From contig JAWBPV010000002.1 in NCBI GenBank assembly GCA_039000425.1, positions 14,303 through 78,302 of the forward strand: a stretch of DNA of 64,000 bases, in the 5' to 3' direction. Positions 36,376 through 45,575 of this stretch are shown here, in pieces. Position 1 is the first letter of the stretch. Each line of letters starts with the position of its first letter. Under the pieces are notes generated by a model that ran no database searches, was not told the DNA's origin, and saw only the letters and a program-made list of their open reading frames with translations. This DNA is from Candidatus Aenigmatarchaeota archaeon (GTDB lineage Archaea > Aenigmatarchaeota > Aenigmatarchaeia > CG10238-14 > SCSR01). The position numbers and the translations under genes were made by a program.

Positions 36376-37437
36376 TTATTTTGGTCTGAACCAAGGATAA
36401 TACAATCCACCAAGAATCAAAGCTGCTTGCACCTCAGGAAGAAGCAAAGCGCCTAAAGTTGCACCTAAGAGCATAGGTAACTTTCTATAACGAAGTCTTA
36501 TAGGCTCAAATCTTCCTCTAGGAATAACTACAGTAGGACGAGTAAATCCTCTTGCAATTAAAGCTCCCATAGTAGGATATGCTATTATGCGAAGCATGTC
36601 CCGAGCTGCTTCGCTGGAGGCAGGCATGCTAGATCCTTTCCAAAGAATTCCTCTTCTTTCTAAAATTTCTCCTAGTCCTCTTACACGCGTGCCCAATCCA
36701 TAGATACCACGGCCAAGAAGTCTCAAAACTTTTTGCTTAAAAGTGGGAGGAGGGGGAGGAGGAGCTGGAGTCATATATCCTTCTACTGGAGTAAAAGGCC
36801 CTCCTGCCAAAAATTCCAACTCTTTAAGTGTTTCTTCAGAGGGTAATGGAGCAGCTCCAGGTGGCAAAGCTATTTCTGCAGGAGGTGGGGGAGGAGGTGG
36901 AGGAGGTTCTACCGCTGCAGGAGGTGGAGGAGGCGCTACAGCCGCAGGAGGAGGCTCTACCACTGCAGGAGGTGGAGGAGGAGGCGCTACAACTGCAGGA
37001 GGCGGAGGAGGCGCTACAGCCGCAGGAGGAGGCTCTACCACTGCAGGAGGTGGAGGCGGAGGCGACGGTGCTGCTTCTGGCGGAGTTGGACGTTCGAAAA
37101 GCCCTTTTACTAATCTTTTAATTCCGGGAACAACTCCAGGAACAAACAAAGTTCCGAGAGCTCCTCCAACTAGAAGAGGCCAGATTGGATATCTCAACGT
37201 GGGGCGCATTCCACGTAGTAATTGCAAACGTGTTGGCATTACTAGCCTGGGACCAACCAAGCCTCTTAGCGCTAAAGCACCTATGGCAGGACTGAAATAT
37301 GGAAGGGCTTGATAAAATTCCCGCAAAAAAGGAGGAGGTGTAGGAGGAATAGGAGGAGGTGGAGGTGGCGGTTTTTTCTTCTTACCAAAAATGAATTCCC
37401 ACACGTTTTCAAGGAATCCTATTTTCGTTACATCCAT
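36376..37437 (-). CDS. proline-rich protein with two glycine-zipper modules and a central (PPPPAVVEPPPAAVA)n repeat
   Basis: 353 aa. N-terminus KKKKPPPPPPPIPPTPPP. Central ~70 aa are almost pure P/A/V/E. The module pair flanks the repeat. Confidence 0.6.
   Translation of the reverse strand: MDVTKIGFLENVWEFIFGKKKKPPPPPPPIPPTPPPFLREFYQALPYFSPAIGALALRGLVGPRLVMPTRLQLLRGMRPTLRYPIWPLLVGGALGTLFVPGVVPGIKRLVKGLFERPTPPEAAPSPPPPPPAVVEPPPAAVAPPPPPAVVAPPPPPPAVVEPPPAAVAPPPPPAAVEPPPPPPPPPAEIALPPGAAPLPSEETLKELEFLAGGPFTPVEGYMTPAPPPPPPTFKQKVLRLLGRGIYGLGTRVRGLGEILERRGILWKGSSMPASSEAARDMLRIIAYPTMGALIARGFTRPTVVIPRGRFEPIRLRYRKLPMLLGATLGALLLPEVQAALILGGLYYPWFRPK
36880..37095. repeat. GC-rich tandem repeat (78-nt higher-order unit duplicated) encoding the poly-Pro/Ala tract
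   Basis: gcgctacagccgcaggaggaggctctaccactgcaggaggtggagg... at 36933 recurs at 37011. About 60% GC within a ~35% GC genome. Confidence 0.6.
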
Positions 37438-37568
37438 CTTGCACCTCCGTTAAATTATCTGTTTAAATATTATCAGAATGTACCATTTTTAATCAATTTT
37501 TAACATTGCTTTATTGATTTCACAAAAATATGTTAAAATAAATAACGACAAAATTGGAGGTTAGAATA

Positions 37569-37856
37569 ATGGTGGAGAAAGCAATCAAATTATTGAAAAA
37601 GATGGCCCTGGAAAAAATGGCACAACGTGAACGTGGAGATTCTACGCCTGAACTGGTAGATCATGTTGCTGCCAGAATTATGAAAGAACATCCTGAATTT
37701 ACCAGAGAGCAAGCTTATGCAATTGCCGTCAGACATCTCCAAAGGCATGGGTATTTAAAGCCTGGAACAATGCAACTCACGGAAAAGGGGCGAAGGCAGT
37801 CTCAAAAACATTATCGACATCCTCGCGCTTTGGAGTGGCGCACTAGAGGATATTAA
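37569..37856 (+). CDS. small basic protein (possible DNA-binding), first gene of the plus-strand block
   Basis: ATG 37569 lies 8 nt after GGAGG (37556-37560). The track start 37554 is a TTG upstream of the RBS. Confidence 0.5.
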   Translation: MVEKAIKLLKKMALEKMAQRERGDSTPELVDHVAARIMKEHPEFTREQAYAIAVRHLQRHGYLKPGTMQLTEKGRRQSQKHYRHPRALEWRTRGY

Positions 37857-37860
37857 AATT

Positions 37861-39276
37861 ATGACATTTTTAGTTCTAGGAAGCGGAGCTGATATACAAT
37901 TGCTGAAACAATTAAGAGATGAAGGAAACAAAGTTTACTATTGGCTTCCTCAGAAATTTTGGTCGGAATGGGATGAATTGTTTAAAGAATGGGAGGTTAA
38001 TTGGATAAAAGAATCCGAATTAAGAATTCCACATGACGTTGATATTGTCGTATACACTTTTGTTGGAGCTAGAGAACTAGCTGATAAAGTTTCCAAAAAT
38101 TATCCTTTCTTTGGAGCGGACAGCCGCATGCAAGAATTAGAGCTAAATCGTGAGCTGGGCAAAAAAGTGATGCAAAAATTAGGAATAAAAATTCCTCGAC
38201 GTTTCTCAAGCAACATAGATGTTGCAATAGAAACAATAAAACGAAACAAAAAGCCTATGGTTGTAAAGCCTTATAATAATCTCCCAGTATACACAACGGC
38301 TGTTCCATTTACCTATGAGGATTCAATTGTTATCTTAGAAAAAATTAAAAAGCATTTTCCAAATGCAACTGTACTTTGTGAAGAAAAAATAAACGGAGTT
38401 GAAGTTGGAATTGAAACATTTTTTGATGGAGAAGATTTTCTCTACCCAATTAACGTCAGTTTCGAGCATAAACCCGCCTATGAGCTGGATCAGGGGCCTT
38501 TGACTGGCGAAACTGGAACTTTAATGTTTTATGAAAACAGTCCATTATTCTATGAAACTCTGAATAGAGCTAAAGAATTGTTCAGGAGACTAAATTATCA
38601 TGGAGATATTTGCATTGGGCTGATTGTAGATATGGAGACGAAGATTCCTTACGGATTGGAATGGACTTGTCGTATGGGATATCCTGAGATTCTGATTCAA
38701 ATCAACGCTCTTAAGATAGAATTGGGACAGCTTATTTATAACACAGTATTTCCACAGCCCCAAAAAGAAATGCCGGTAGATGATATTTTTCTCACAGGCG
38801 TCGCTTTAATGGGGGGAGGTTCTCCCTTTGAAATGACTTATAAGCAATATGGGCGTGGATTTATGATTCATGGATTGGATGAACTTGAGGATGGTATACC
38901 AGTCATTAGTAGAACAATGATAGCTTCTGCTTCTTATAAAAATGGTAAATTCTTCACAGGCGAATATGATGATCGTCCATTGGTTATAATTGGCAAAGGA
39001 TATACTGCTTATGAAAGTATTATAGATGCCTATAGGTTCATGCGTCACGTTAAATGCATGAATGCTTTTTATAGAACCGACATTGGAGTCAAATATGTCA
39101 CACACGATTCAAAGTTCCTCTACGAATGTGCGTACATAAACAGAGATCACTTTGTAAGGAGTTATTTGCCCGAGTTTGATCCAAGATTAACTCTATTGAA
39201 AACAAAAATTATGGAAATAAAAAAAGAAGGAGGCTTGAAAGAATGGTTAATTGGAAATGCTCTATTCCGATCTTAA
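37861..39276 (+). CDS. PurD-like (glycinamide ribonucleotide synthetase-like) ATP-grasp ligase with C-terminal extension
   Basis: LVLGSGADIQL N-terminus. EEKINGVEVGIETFFDG...EHKPAYELDQGPLTGETGTL (cf. the PurD DHKR...GPNTGGMGA block). GLIVDMETKIPYGLEWTCRMGYPE (cf. EFNCRFGDPE). Confidence 0.65.
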   Translation: MTFLVLGSGADIQLLKQLRDEGNKVYYWLPQKFWSEWDELFKEWEVNWIKESELRIPHDVDIVVYTFVGARELADKVSKNYPFFGADSRMQELELNRELGKKVMQKLGIKIPRRFSSNIDVAIETIKRNKKPMVVKPYNNLPVYTTAVPFTYEDSIVILEKIKKHFPNATVLCEEKINGVEVGIETFFDGEDFLYPINVSFEHKPAYELDQGPLTGETGTLMFYENSPLFYETLNRAKELFRRLNYHGDICIGLIVDMETKIPYGLEWTCRMGYPEILIQINALKIELGQLIYNTVFPQPQKEMPVDDIFLTGVALMGGGSPFEMTYKQYGRGFMIHGLDELEDGIPVISRTMIASASYKNGKFFTGEYDDRPLVIIGKGYTAYESIIDAYRFMRHVKCMNAFYRTDIGVKYVTHDSKFLYECAYINRDHFVRSYLPEFDPRLTLLKTKIMEIKKEGGLKEWLIGNALFRS

Positions 39277-39340
39277 ATTTTCTTTGTAAATTCTACCGTT
39301 ATTATATCTGGATAGAGGGATTCAAACGCTGGAATTTACA

Positions 39341-41131
39341 ATGGAAACTCTAATTTATAAAACAACTCCTATCGTGTTTTTCAACGAACATGCGGTCAAA
39401 AATGTAGTAAGTGTAACTGTAACTTATCAGATTAATCGTTTCGCTCGAGCAATTATAGCTTTACCTGCAGTATCCGCACTACTTGATCTACCATTTTTGA
39501 CACATATTCGTGTTGGGGCCAAAATTGAAACAGGAAAAGGTTCCTGGGACATCTGGCTCGTTGATGGATTTCCCGAACAAATTGTCAAACGAGATCCGTA
39601 TGTTTTCATAACAATAGTAGATAAACATTACATTTTAGACACTATTCCTTTAATAGGATTAGAAGATCCTATGCGAGCTGCAGTCATGAGTTCTATTTAT
39701 GGAGATGGAATAATTAACATTGCATTACCTGGTGCTTCTTCCATAAACCAATGGCTTAATTGCTCCGACTGGGTATCTTCACAAGACATGACAGTACAAT
39801 TTAAAGAATTGGTCGAAGAACGCATAACCAACTATCTTTCTGATTTTATTAAAACACATCAAATATATGGCCTTTACCCTTTCATAGATCCAGCAATTGA
39901 TAGAAATTTTTTGGATGCTCAATTATCTCTAAATGTGATAAATAGGCTCAATGTTTTCTCGGGGGATTCAGTCTGGACTCTTATACGACAGGTTATTACA
40001 ACTCTGACGGGTTATCAGTTTATACCTATTCCAATCAAGATGTTAGGAATAGAAGAAAGCGCAAAAGGAATGTCTGCTGTAATTTATTGCTCACTGATAA
40101 CCTTTCCAGTTACCACAGGAGCAACTCCAAAAACGCAAGTTGTCCCTCTTCATTTTTACAACTATTCTTTTTCTGCAGATAAAACTCGTAATGTTACAAG
40201 AATGGTTCTATATAATTTTGTAGGAATGCCTTTACCCTCTACATCGGAAGATATATCATCGGGAACTGAATCATCAGGATGGTTTCTATTAGTGCCTAGA
40301 GAGCTTCACAACGGATTCAAAGGGGAAGTTCAAGCGTCAAGAGAAGAACAAATATGTGTTCCAATTATATACAAAACAATGACATATGAAGAAGTTTGCG
40401 ATGGGATTATCACGGACATATCGTCAATAGATCTCCCACTATACAACGTCTATCAGGTTCACTCCAGTGAAAGTCCTTTGAAAGGACAGGATCTGGAAAA
40501 AACAATGCAATTATGTCTGGACAAGGCCGAGTTAGAGTTTAAACTTAAGAAACTCCAGTTTCGGACATTAACGTTGCGAGGTATTTTTTCTCCTTTTCTG
40601 GTTTGTGGAATGCCTCTAATTGCAGTAGAAAAAAGACAACCTTTAAGTTTCTTTCAGGGAATTCCTTTTCAAATTATTCATGAAATTAGTGATAGAGGTG
40701 CAGTTTCAACAATTGATTGTGGCTATGCTTACTATTGGGAAGAGTTTTCCGAGAAAACTTCACGAGGACTTCCTGGACGGTTTGCGGTTTTCCCTTGGGG
40801 AAATCTGTCAACAGATGAAAAATTGATATTACCACGTACTACAGTGAAAAGCTGGAATGATTTTGTAAAGACTATTTTAGGCACAGATTGCTTGTCAAAA
40901 AATGTAAAGGAAGTAATTGAATATTTAAAAAGCATTTTAAGCATTTCGCTTGAAGGTTTTTTTGGCAGATGCGCAAACTTCGCAAAGACGATAGGAATCG
41001 CAGATAGGCATAAATTTAGCGAATCACAAGTAAAAATTGTTGATGTACCATTAAATGCAAAACCGAGACAAGAGCTGGTCAAAAATATTGTGAACTTATT
41101 GAATGCAGCGGAGATTATAGAACTAAAATGA
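39341..41131 (+). CDS. hypothetical large protein (possible virion component)
   Basis: 596-aa ORF. No recognised motif. Confidence 0.55.
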   Translation: METLIYKTTPIVFFNEHAVKNVVSVTVTYQINRFARAIIALPAVSALLDLPFLTHIRVGAKIETGKGSWDIWLVDGFPEQIVKRDPYVFITIVDKHYILDTIPLIGLEDPMRAAVMSSIYGDGIINIALPGASSINQWLNCSDWVSSQDMTVQFKELVEERITNYLSDFIKTHQIYGLYPFIDPAIDRNFLDAQLSLNVINRLNVFSGDSVWTLIRQVITTLTGYQFIPIPIKMLGIEESAKGMSAVIYCSLITFPVTTGATPKTQVVPLHFYNYSFSADKTRNVTRMVLYNFVGMPLPSTSEDISSGTESSGWFLLVPRELHNGFKGEVQASREEQICVPIIYKTMTYEEVCDGIITDISSIDLPLYNVYQVHSSESPLKGQDLEKTMQLCLDKAELEFKLKKLQFRTLTLRGIFSPFLVCGMPLIAVEKRQPLSFFQGIPFQIIHEISDRGAVSTIDCGYAYYWEEFSEKTSRGLPGRFAVFPWGNLSTDEKLILPRTTVKSWNDFVKTILGTDCLSKNVKEVIEYLKSILSISLEGFFGRCANFAKTIGIADRHKFSESQVKIVDVPLNAKPRQELVKNIVNLLNAAEIIELK

Positions 41132-41904
41132 CATTGCCGAAACAGGAAAAAGAATTATTGCTATGGAAAGAATGGCGTCGTACAGGAGACGAAGAAAAAC
41201 TGGAAGAGTTGATGAACAGCTTACGTCCTCTCATAATGACTGCAGTGAACAAATGGAAAGGAAATCTTCCTCAAGATATTTTAACTTTTCAAGCAGAAAA
41301 TTTAGCACTAAAAGCATTACATACTTACGATCCAAAGAAAAAAGTTGCTCTTTCTACGCATGTTATGAATAATTTGTTGCCATTGTCTCGTTTTGTATAT
41401 ACACATCAGAACATTGGAAGAATTCCTTCAGAAGTGCGTATTGCAAAAATAAATACACTAAAAACGGCAATTGAGGAGTTTCAGGCTAAATATGGTAGAT
41501 ATCCAAATGCCGAAGAACTTTCTGATACCCTAGGCATGTCCCCCAAGCAAATTCAGAAGTTTTTCAAAGAATTGCATCCCGACTTATTGGAATCCTATGC
41601 GATTGCCCCTATTGCTGTAAAAATGGATCCTCAAACTGAGATGATTGTAGATCAATTCTACTCGTCATTGTCGCCAATTGATAAGTTCATTTTTGAGCAT
41701 TCCGTGGGCTATAAAAACAAGAAAAAGTTAACTATACGGGAAATTGCCACTAAATTAAATAAAAGTACCTATGAAGTTCTACAACGAAGAGAGGAAATAG
41801 CTCGCAAACTTTCAGAATTTATAGAACAGTATGAAAAAGCTGGGATTTCATTTGAAAGAAAACGAATATCCGCTTCAATTGAATCGCTACTGGAGGAAGA
41901 ATGA
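41128..41904 (+). CDS. sigma-70 family RNA polymerase sigma factor (phage-encoded)
   Basis: Region 2-like LRPLIMTAVNKWKGNLPQDILTFQAENLALKALHTYDPKKKVALSTH. Region 3-like RYPNAEELSDTLGMSPKQIQKF. Region 4 HTH LTIREIATKLNKSTYEVLQRREEIARKL. Confidence 0.7.
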   Translation: MTLPKQEKELLLWKEWRRTGDEEKLEELMNSLRPLIMTAVNKWKGNLPQDILTFQAENLALKALHTYDPKKKVALSTHVMNNLLPLSRFVYTHQNIGRIPSEVRIAKINTLKTAIEEFQAKYGRYPNAEELSDTLGMSPKQIQKFFKELHPDLLESYAIAPIAVKMDPQTEMIVDQFYSSLSPIDKFIFEHSVGYKNKKKLTIREIATKLNKSTYEVLQRREEIARKLSEFIEQYEKAGISFERKRISASIESLLEEE

Positions 41905-43601
41905 GCCCAATACCGCCAATTTGTGAACAACTACGTTTTCTGAACCTAAAACAACAGCTTGATGCAATGATCAAAACTCTAGCTAAATTTAGCTTAAAAG
42001 GACTATTAACTTTCCCTAAAATTGCGGCATCTTACGCAATACTGTTTTTGAGAACACAAATTGAAAAATTTCTGGCTCCAATAGAACAACTAATGGGAAG
42101 CCTAATGGCAGCTGGAGCTGCTTTTGCTACCGATTATATTGCAATGGCCATGAAACTACTTAAACCTGGATATTCCCCAGCAACGATGTTCGCTTTGATG
42201 ACAGCTTTTACCATAGAAGATCAAAAACTAATAGAGCGTACAGAAATATTTAGAAATAATGTATACAGACTCGCTGCAACTGTTGATAAATTATTAATCT
42301 TCTTTGTACGAATCTTTCCGAGAATAGACCCTTATCGTGAGTTATTCGTATACGAATTATTGCAGCGTGCTGTAGACAATTTACAATTGGCTATCAATGA
42401 GTTCGATAAAGCAAAGACATTAACACAATATCAATTCGGAGTCTCTTACAAAGAAACTGCACGTAGTTATTTATTATTAGCTCTTCAAGAAATCTATAAG
42501 TTTAGTCCTGAATTAATGCAAGAGTTTATGTATTTTCCGGGATATCCTTCTGAAAGTCTAGATAAAAAAGCCAAAGAAATTAGTAATAAACTGAAGAATA
42601 GATATAAATTGTTCATAGAAGAATGTAAAAAAAGAATTAAAAATCTACCAAAATTTTCTGAGGAGGAGATTTCACAAGATTTCGCTAGTGCAATGGATAT
42701 AGCCAGAGAATTGGGTTCCTTACAGGCAAAATCAATCGAATATGGATTTAGAATCTCAGTCAGTCTTGTAACACTTACGGCTCTGTATGACTTATTTGTT
42801 CGAATGGAAGACCGCTGGATGCAAATTCTCGTTAAAAGCACAAGCAAGGTTGAAAAAGCTGAATGTGTAACCGCAAAAAAACTGATAGAATCCGTTCTTC
42901 CCGCTGGAAATATTTTTGCTGGAAAAGTAAAAGAAGCTGGTGTCCTGATGGGAGCTTTGATGTCATCGGGACAATATTTCATTAATAAAGGCGCTGGATT
43001 TGCGGTAATTTCTGCTCTTTTAACGCTGACAGCTTCAGCCGGAATTGCAAATTCTATAGCTTTTGATCAATATGTAATGGAAATTTTTAGCCCTAAATCT
43101 TTTGCCGATTCACTTGATAGAATATCTTCTATGCTTGCGGGAATTGTTAATGGAATTTTGAATGCATTGGCTTCTGTATTTGAATCTACGCCTAAGCCAT
43201 ATCAAATTATACAGGATTTATCTTTGGCTTATACCCAACTGCTTGATGCTGCAAAGGAAATAGATTATTATATAGAGAGGATGTATTTGCTAATAGCCAT
43301 AAAGAATGAATATCTTCGCGACTTTTCAACAATAACAAACTACACTGGTAGATTTACAGATTTAATAAATATAATGAAAGCAGCAGGTATGGCTATGGCT
43401 GCGCTTGCACTGAGTTTTCAAATAGGAAATTGTATATTAAATGCGGAAAAGGAAGCTGAAAGGAGTCGGAAAGCAGATGAAAGGGCTAGAAATCTCCTCC
43501 AGAAATATAAATTTTCACTTTTAAAAGAGAATTCTACTTCCAGACCGGCATATACAGAAATTTTCAATAAGGAGTTGGAAAGCCTTGTTTCGTCCAGATA
43601 A
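41901..43601 (+). CDS. hypothetical alpha-helical protein (566 aa)
   Basis: ORF overlaps both neighbours by 4 and 17 nt. Its position upstream of the baseplate genes suggests a tail component. Confidence 0.55.
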   Translation: MSPIPPICEQLRFLNLKQQLDAMIKTLAKFSLKGLLTFPKIAASYAILFLRTQIEKFLAPIEQLMGSLMAAGAAFATDYIAMAMKLLKPGYSPATMFALMTAFTIEDQKLIERTEIFRNNVYRLAATVDKLLIFFVRIFPRIDPYRELFVYELLQRAVDNLQLAINEFDKAKTLTQYQFGVSYKETARSYLLLALQEIYKFSPELMQEFMYFPGYPSESLDKKAKEISNKLKNRYKLFIEECKKRIKNLPKFSEEEISQDFASAMDIARELGSLQAKSIEYGFRISVSLVTLTALYDLFVRMEDRWMQILVKSTSKVEKAECVTAKKLIESVLPAGNIFAGKVKEAGVLMGALMSSGQYFINKGAGFAVISALLTLTASAGIANSIAFDQYVMEIFSPKSFADSLDRISSMLAGIVNGILNALASVFESTPKPYQIIQDLSLAYTQLLDAAKEIDYYIERMYLLIAIKNEYLRDFSTITNYTGRFTDLINIMKAAGMAMAALALSFQIGNCILNAEKEAERSRKADERARNLLQKYKFSLLKENSTSRPAYTEIFNKELESLVSSR

Positions 43602-43995
43602 AAGCATAGATTTAAGGTTCTTTCGTGTGGATCCGGATGGCAAGGTCACATTGAGTTTAGAAAATAAACTATCTTGGGAAATTGGCAATTGTATAAATGA
43701 TTTTCTATTTTGCCTTCTCACAGAAGTTGGCAGTAACATTTTCATGCCAAATTTTGGAGTAAGATTTTTGACTAACGTTTCCACGAATCCTGCGGAGGTG
43801 TATTCGGAAATTTCAAACATCATTAAAAATGTTGAAACACAAGTAAAATTGAATCAAAAAGAAAATGGTGTTACCGATCCTGCAGAAAGGCTTGAAGCTG
43901 TTAATATCCTCGATATTCAAATTAAGGAAGAATCCGTAGAAGTCACTTTGCAGGTGGTTGCAGAGAGCAAAGCTTCTGTTATAATTAAACTATAA
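43585..43995 (+). CDS. baseplate wedge protein, gp25/GPW family
   Basis: ...LSWEIGNCINDFLFCLLTEVGSNIFMPNFGVRFLTNV... matches the GER.m.P.FG core of T4 gp25 / P2 W (the lysozyme-like fold shared with TssE). Confidence 0.65.
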   Translation: MFRPDKSIDLRFFRVDPDGKVTLSLENKLSWEIGNCINDFLFCLLTEVGSNIFMPNFGVRFLTNVSTNPAEVYSEISNIIKNVETQVKLNQKENGVTDPAERLEAVNILDIQIKEESVEVTLQVVAESKASVIIKL

Positions 43996-45575
43996 TGGCT
44001 ATTACAAAAAGAATAGAAGATTTAGTGCTAGAATTTATCAAAGCCGATCCTAATCTTGCAAATATAAAACTTATTCCTGGAAGTCCTTTATATGAGCTTG
44101 TCGTGCGAACCTTTGCAATTGCCGTATCGGGATTTGAAACCGAGCTAAAGGAAATGGACAAACACGTATCACTTGCTAATCTGGACGCTCTTACTCTTGA
44201 AGATTTAGAGAACATAGCTTCGAATTTTCTAGTTCCTATACAGCGAGGTAGCCGTACAATTGTTACCTTGCGAATTCTATTTGAAAATCCAACTGCTGTA
44301 GTTATTACAAACGAAACTCCATTTTATTATCAGAATTATGTTTTTTATCCGACCATGACATATTCATATTCTTCTTCTGAAATGGCTGCAAATGAATATA
44401 TGGGATACTATTACATAGACATAGATGTAATTTCCAATACGGAAGGAGTATCAGTTCCAGTGAATGTTTCTTTTAGTTCTAATATTCCATATTACATCGA
44501 TATAATTGCCATACACGTTGTATCAGGAACCCCTCCAGATGACGCAAAAACTGCAATAGAAAAAATCCGTATGGCACTCAATACAAGAGAATTGGTAACA
44601 AAAGATTCATTACAACTACATTTTCTGAATCGTGGTTGGCATTGTAAGCGTTTCTTGGCTTTAGGAGCTGCCGACATGGAGGTTGGACGTCAATACGTTT
44701 ACAATAGTCGTACGGGACATGCAGTTGACATTTATTGCGAACTGGAAAGTCCAGCAATTGAAACCATAACAACCAATAGAAAATTTCCGGTCTTGGCTAC
44801 TTCAGATAATGATGATTGGTTTGAAGCATCTAATCTTATTTATTTTTTAGATTTGGGATATTCTGATGATGAAGCTTTATTACTTTATCCCCCTTCAAAA
44901 AATACATATTCCCGGATTGATACTTCCCAAGCTACTATAAGCATTGGCACTACTCAGTTGACTGAAAGTGATTTGGGTTCATACTATGGAGAAGGCTTTT
45001 TCGGAGCAGGTCCTTATGGTGTTGGAACCGACTTCCGAGCATTCTTGCGTGAAGTAGAAGCGAATTTTTCCAACAGTGTAAGACAACATAAACGTTTATA
45101 TATCAATTCAAAACGCATAGTGATTGGCGAAGTTCAAATTTCAAATCTAATTAATAAACTAACATACATCGATATTCAGGAAAATCTGGATAAAAACGAA
45201 GCATTAGCCGCCGATTTTTTAGTGCGAGAATTCTTTATAGGCAAAGTTTATTTAAAATTACGTCTGAAATACACAGGATTTAGATTGGATATACCAGCAA
45301 TAAAAAAAGTGATCATTGATTACATAAACACACGTGAAGGCGTAAACGGAGTAGACATATCGGGCATAGTAAGTGAGATTGAAAAAAGATTTCCAGCTAT
45401 AGCAGTCGAACTTCCTCCAGAAGAATTCTACATGATATACACACTTCCCGACGGAAGAGAAGTTATGATAAAAGATCCATCGTTGCTTCTTCCCAAAAGT
45501 GATCCTGTACTGAGAGTTTCTGCCCGCATTTATCGGTACATTGCTGATGAAAGTAGCATATCAATTGTATACTGA
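43995..45575 (+). CDS. baseplate J-like protein
   Basis: 526 aa directly after the gp25-like gene. The N-terminal region (...GSPLYELVVRTFAIAVSGFETELKEMD...) resembles the Baseplate_J family. Confidence 0.55.
   Translation: MAITKRIEDLVLEFIKADPNLANIKLIPGSPLYELVVRTFAIAVSGFETELKEMDKHVSLANLDALTLEDLENIASNFLVPIQRGSRTIVTLRILFENPTAVVITNETPFYYQNYVFYPTMTYSYSSSEMAANEYMGYYYIDIDVISNTEGVSVPVNVSFSSNIPYYIDIIAIHVVSGTPPDDAKTAIEKIRMALNTRELVTKDSLQLHFLNRGWHCKRFLALGAADMEVGRQYVYNSRTGHAVDIYCELESPAIETITTNRKFPVLATSDNDDWFEASNLIYFLDLGYSDDEALLLYPPSKNTYSRIDTSQATISIGTTQLTESDLGSYYGEGFFGAGPYGVGTDFRAFLREVEANFSNSVRQHKRLYINSKRIVIGEVQISNLINKLTYIDIQENLDKNEALAADFLVREFFIGKVYLKLRLKYTGFRLDIPAIKKVIIDYINTREGVNGVDISGIVSEIEKRFPAIAVELPPEEFYMIYTLPDGREVMIKDPSLLLPKSDPVLRVSARIYRYIADESSISIVY

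Noticed and set aside
36743-37312. 189-aa Gly-rich plus-strand ORF (MGGGGGGAGV...) and 97-aa Glu/Leu-rich ORF 36828..37121
   Set aside because: These are antisense shadows of the GC-rich Pro/Ala repeat in the minus-strand gene 36376..37437. Their low-complexity translation is produced by the repeat itself.
35211-37437. Archaeal origin of the contig (PdaD-type decarboxylase, TATA-like TTATAAG motif, polyproline proteins)
   Set aside because: A sigma-70 family factor, SLT and M15 peptidoglycan hydrolases, tnpB and GGAGG RBSs point to a bacteriophage. The TATAAG core is also placed too close to the start codon for archaeal TATA/TSS geometry with an SD.
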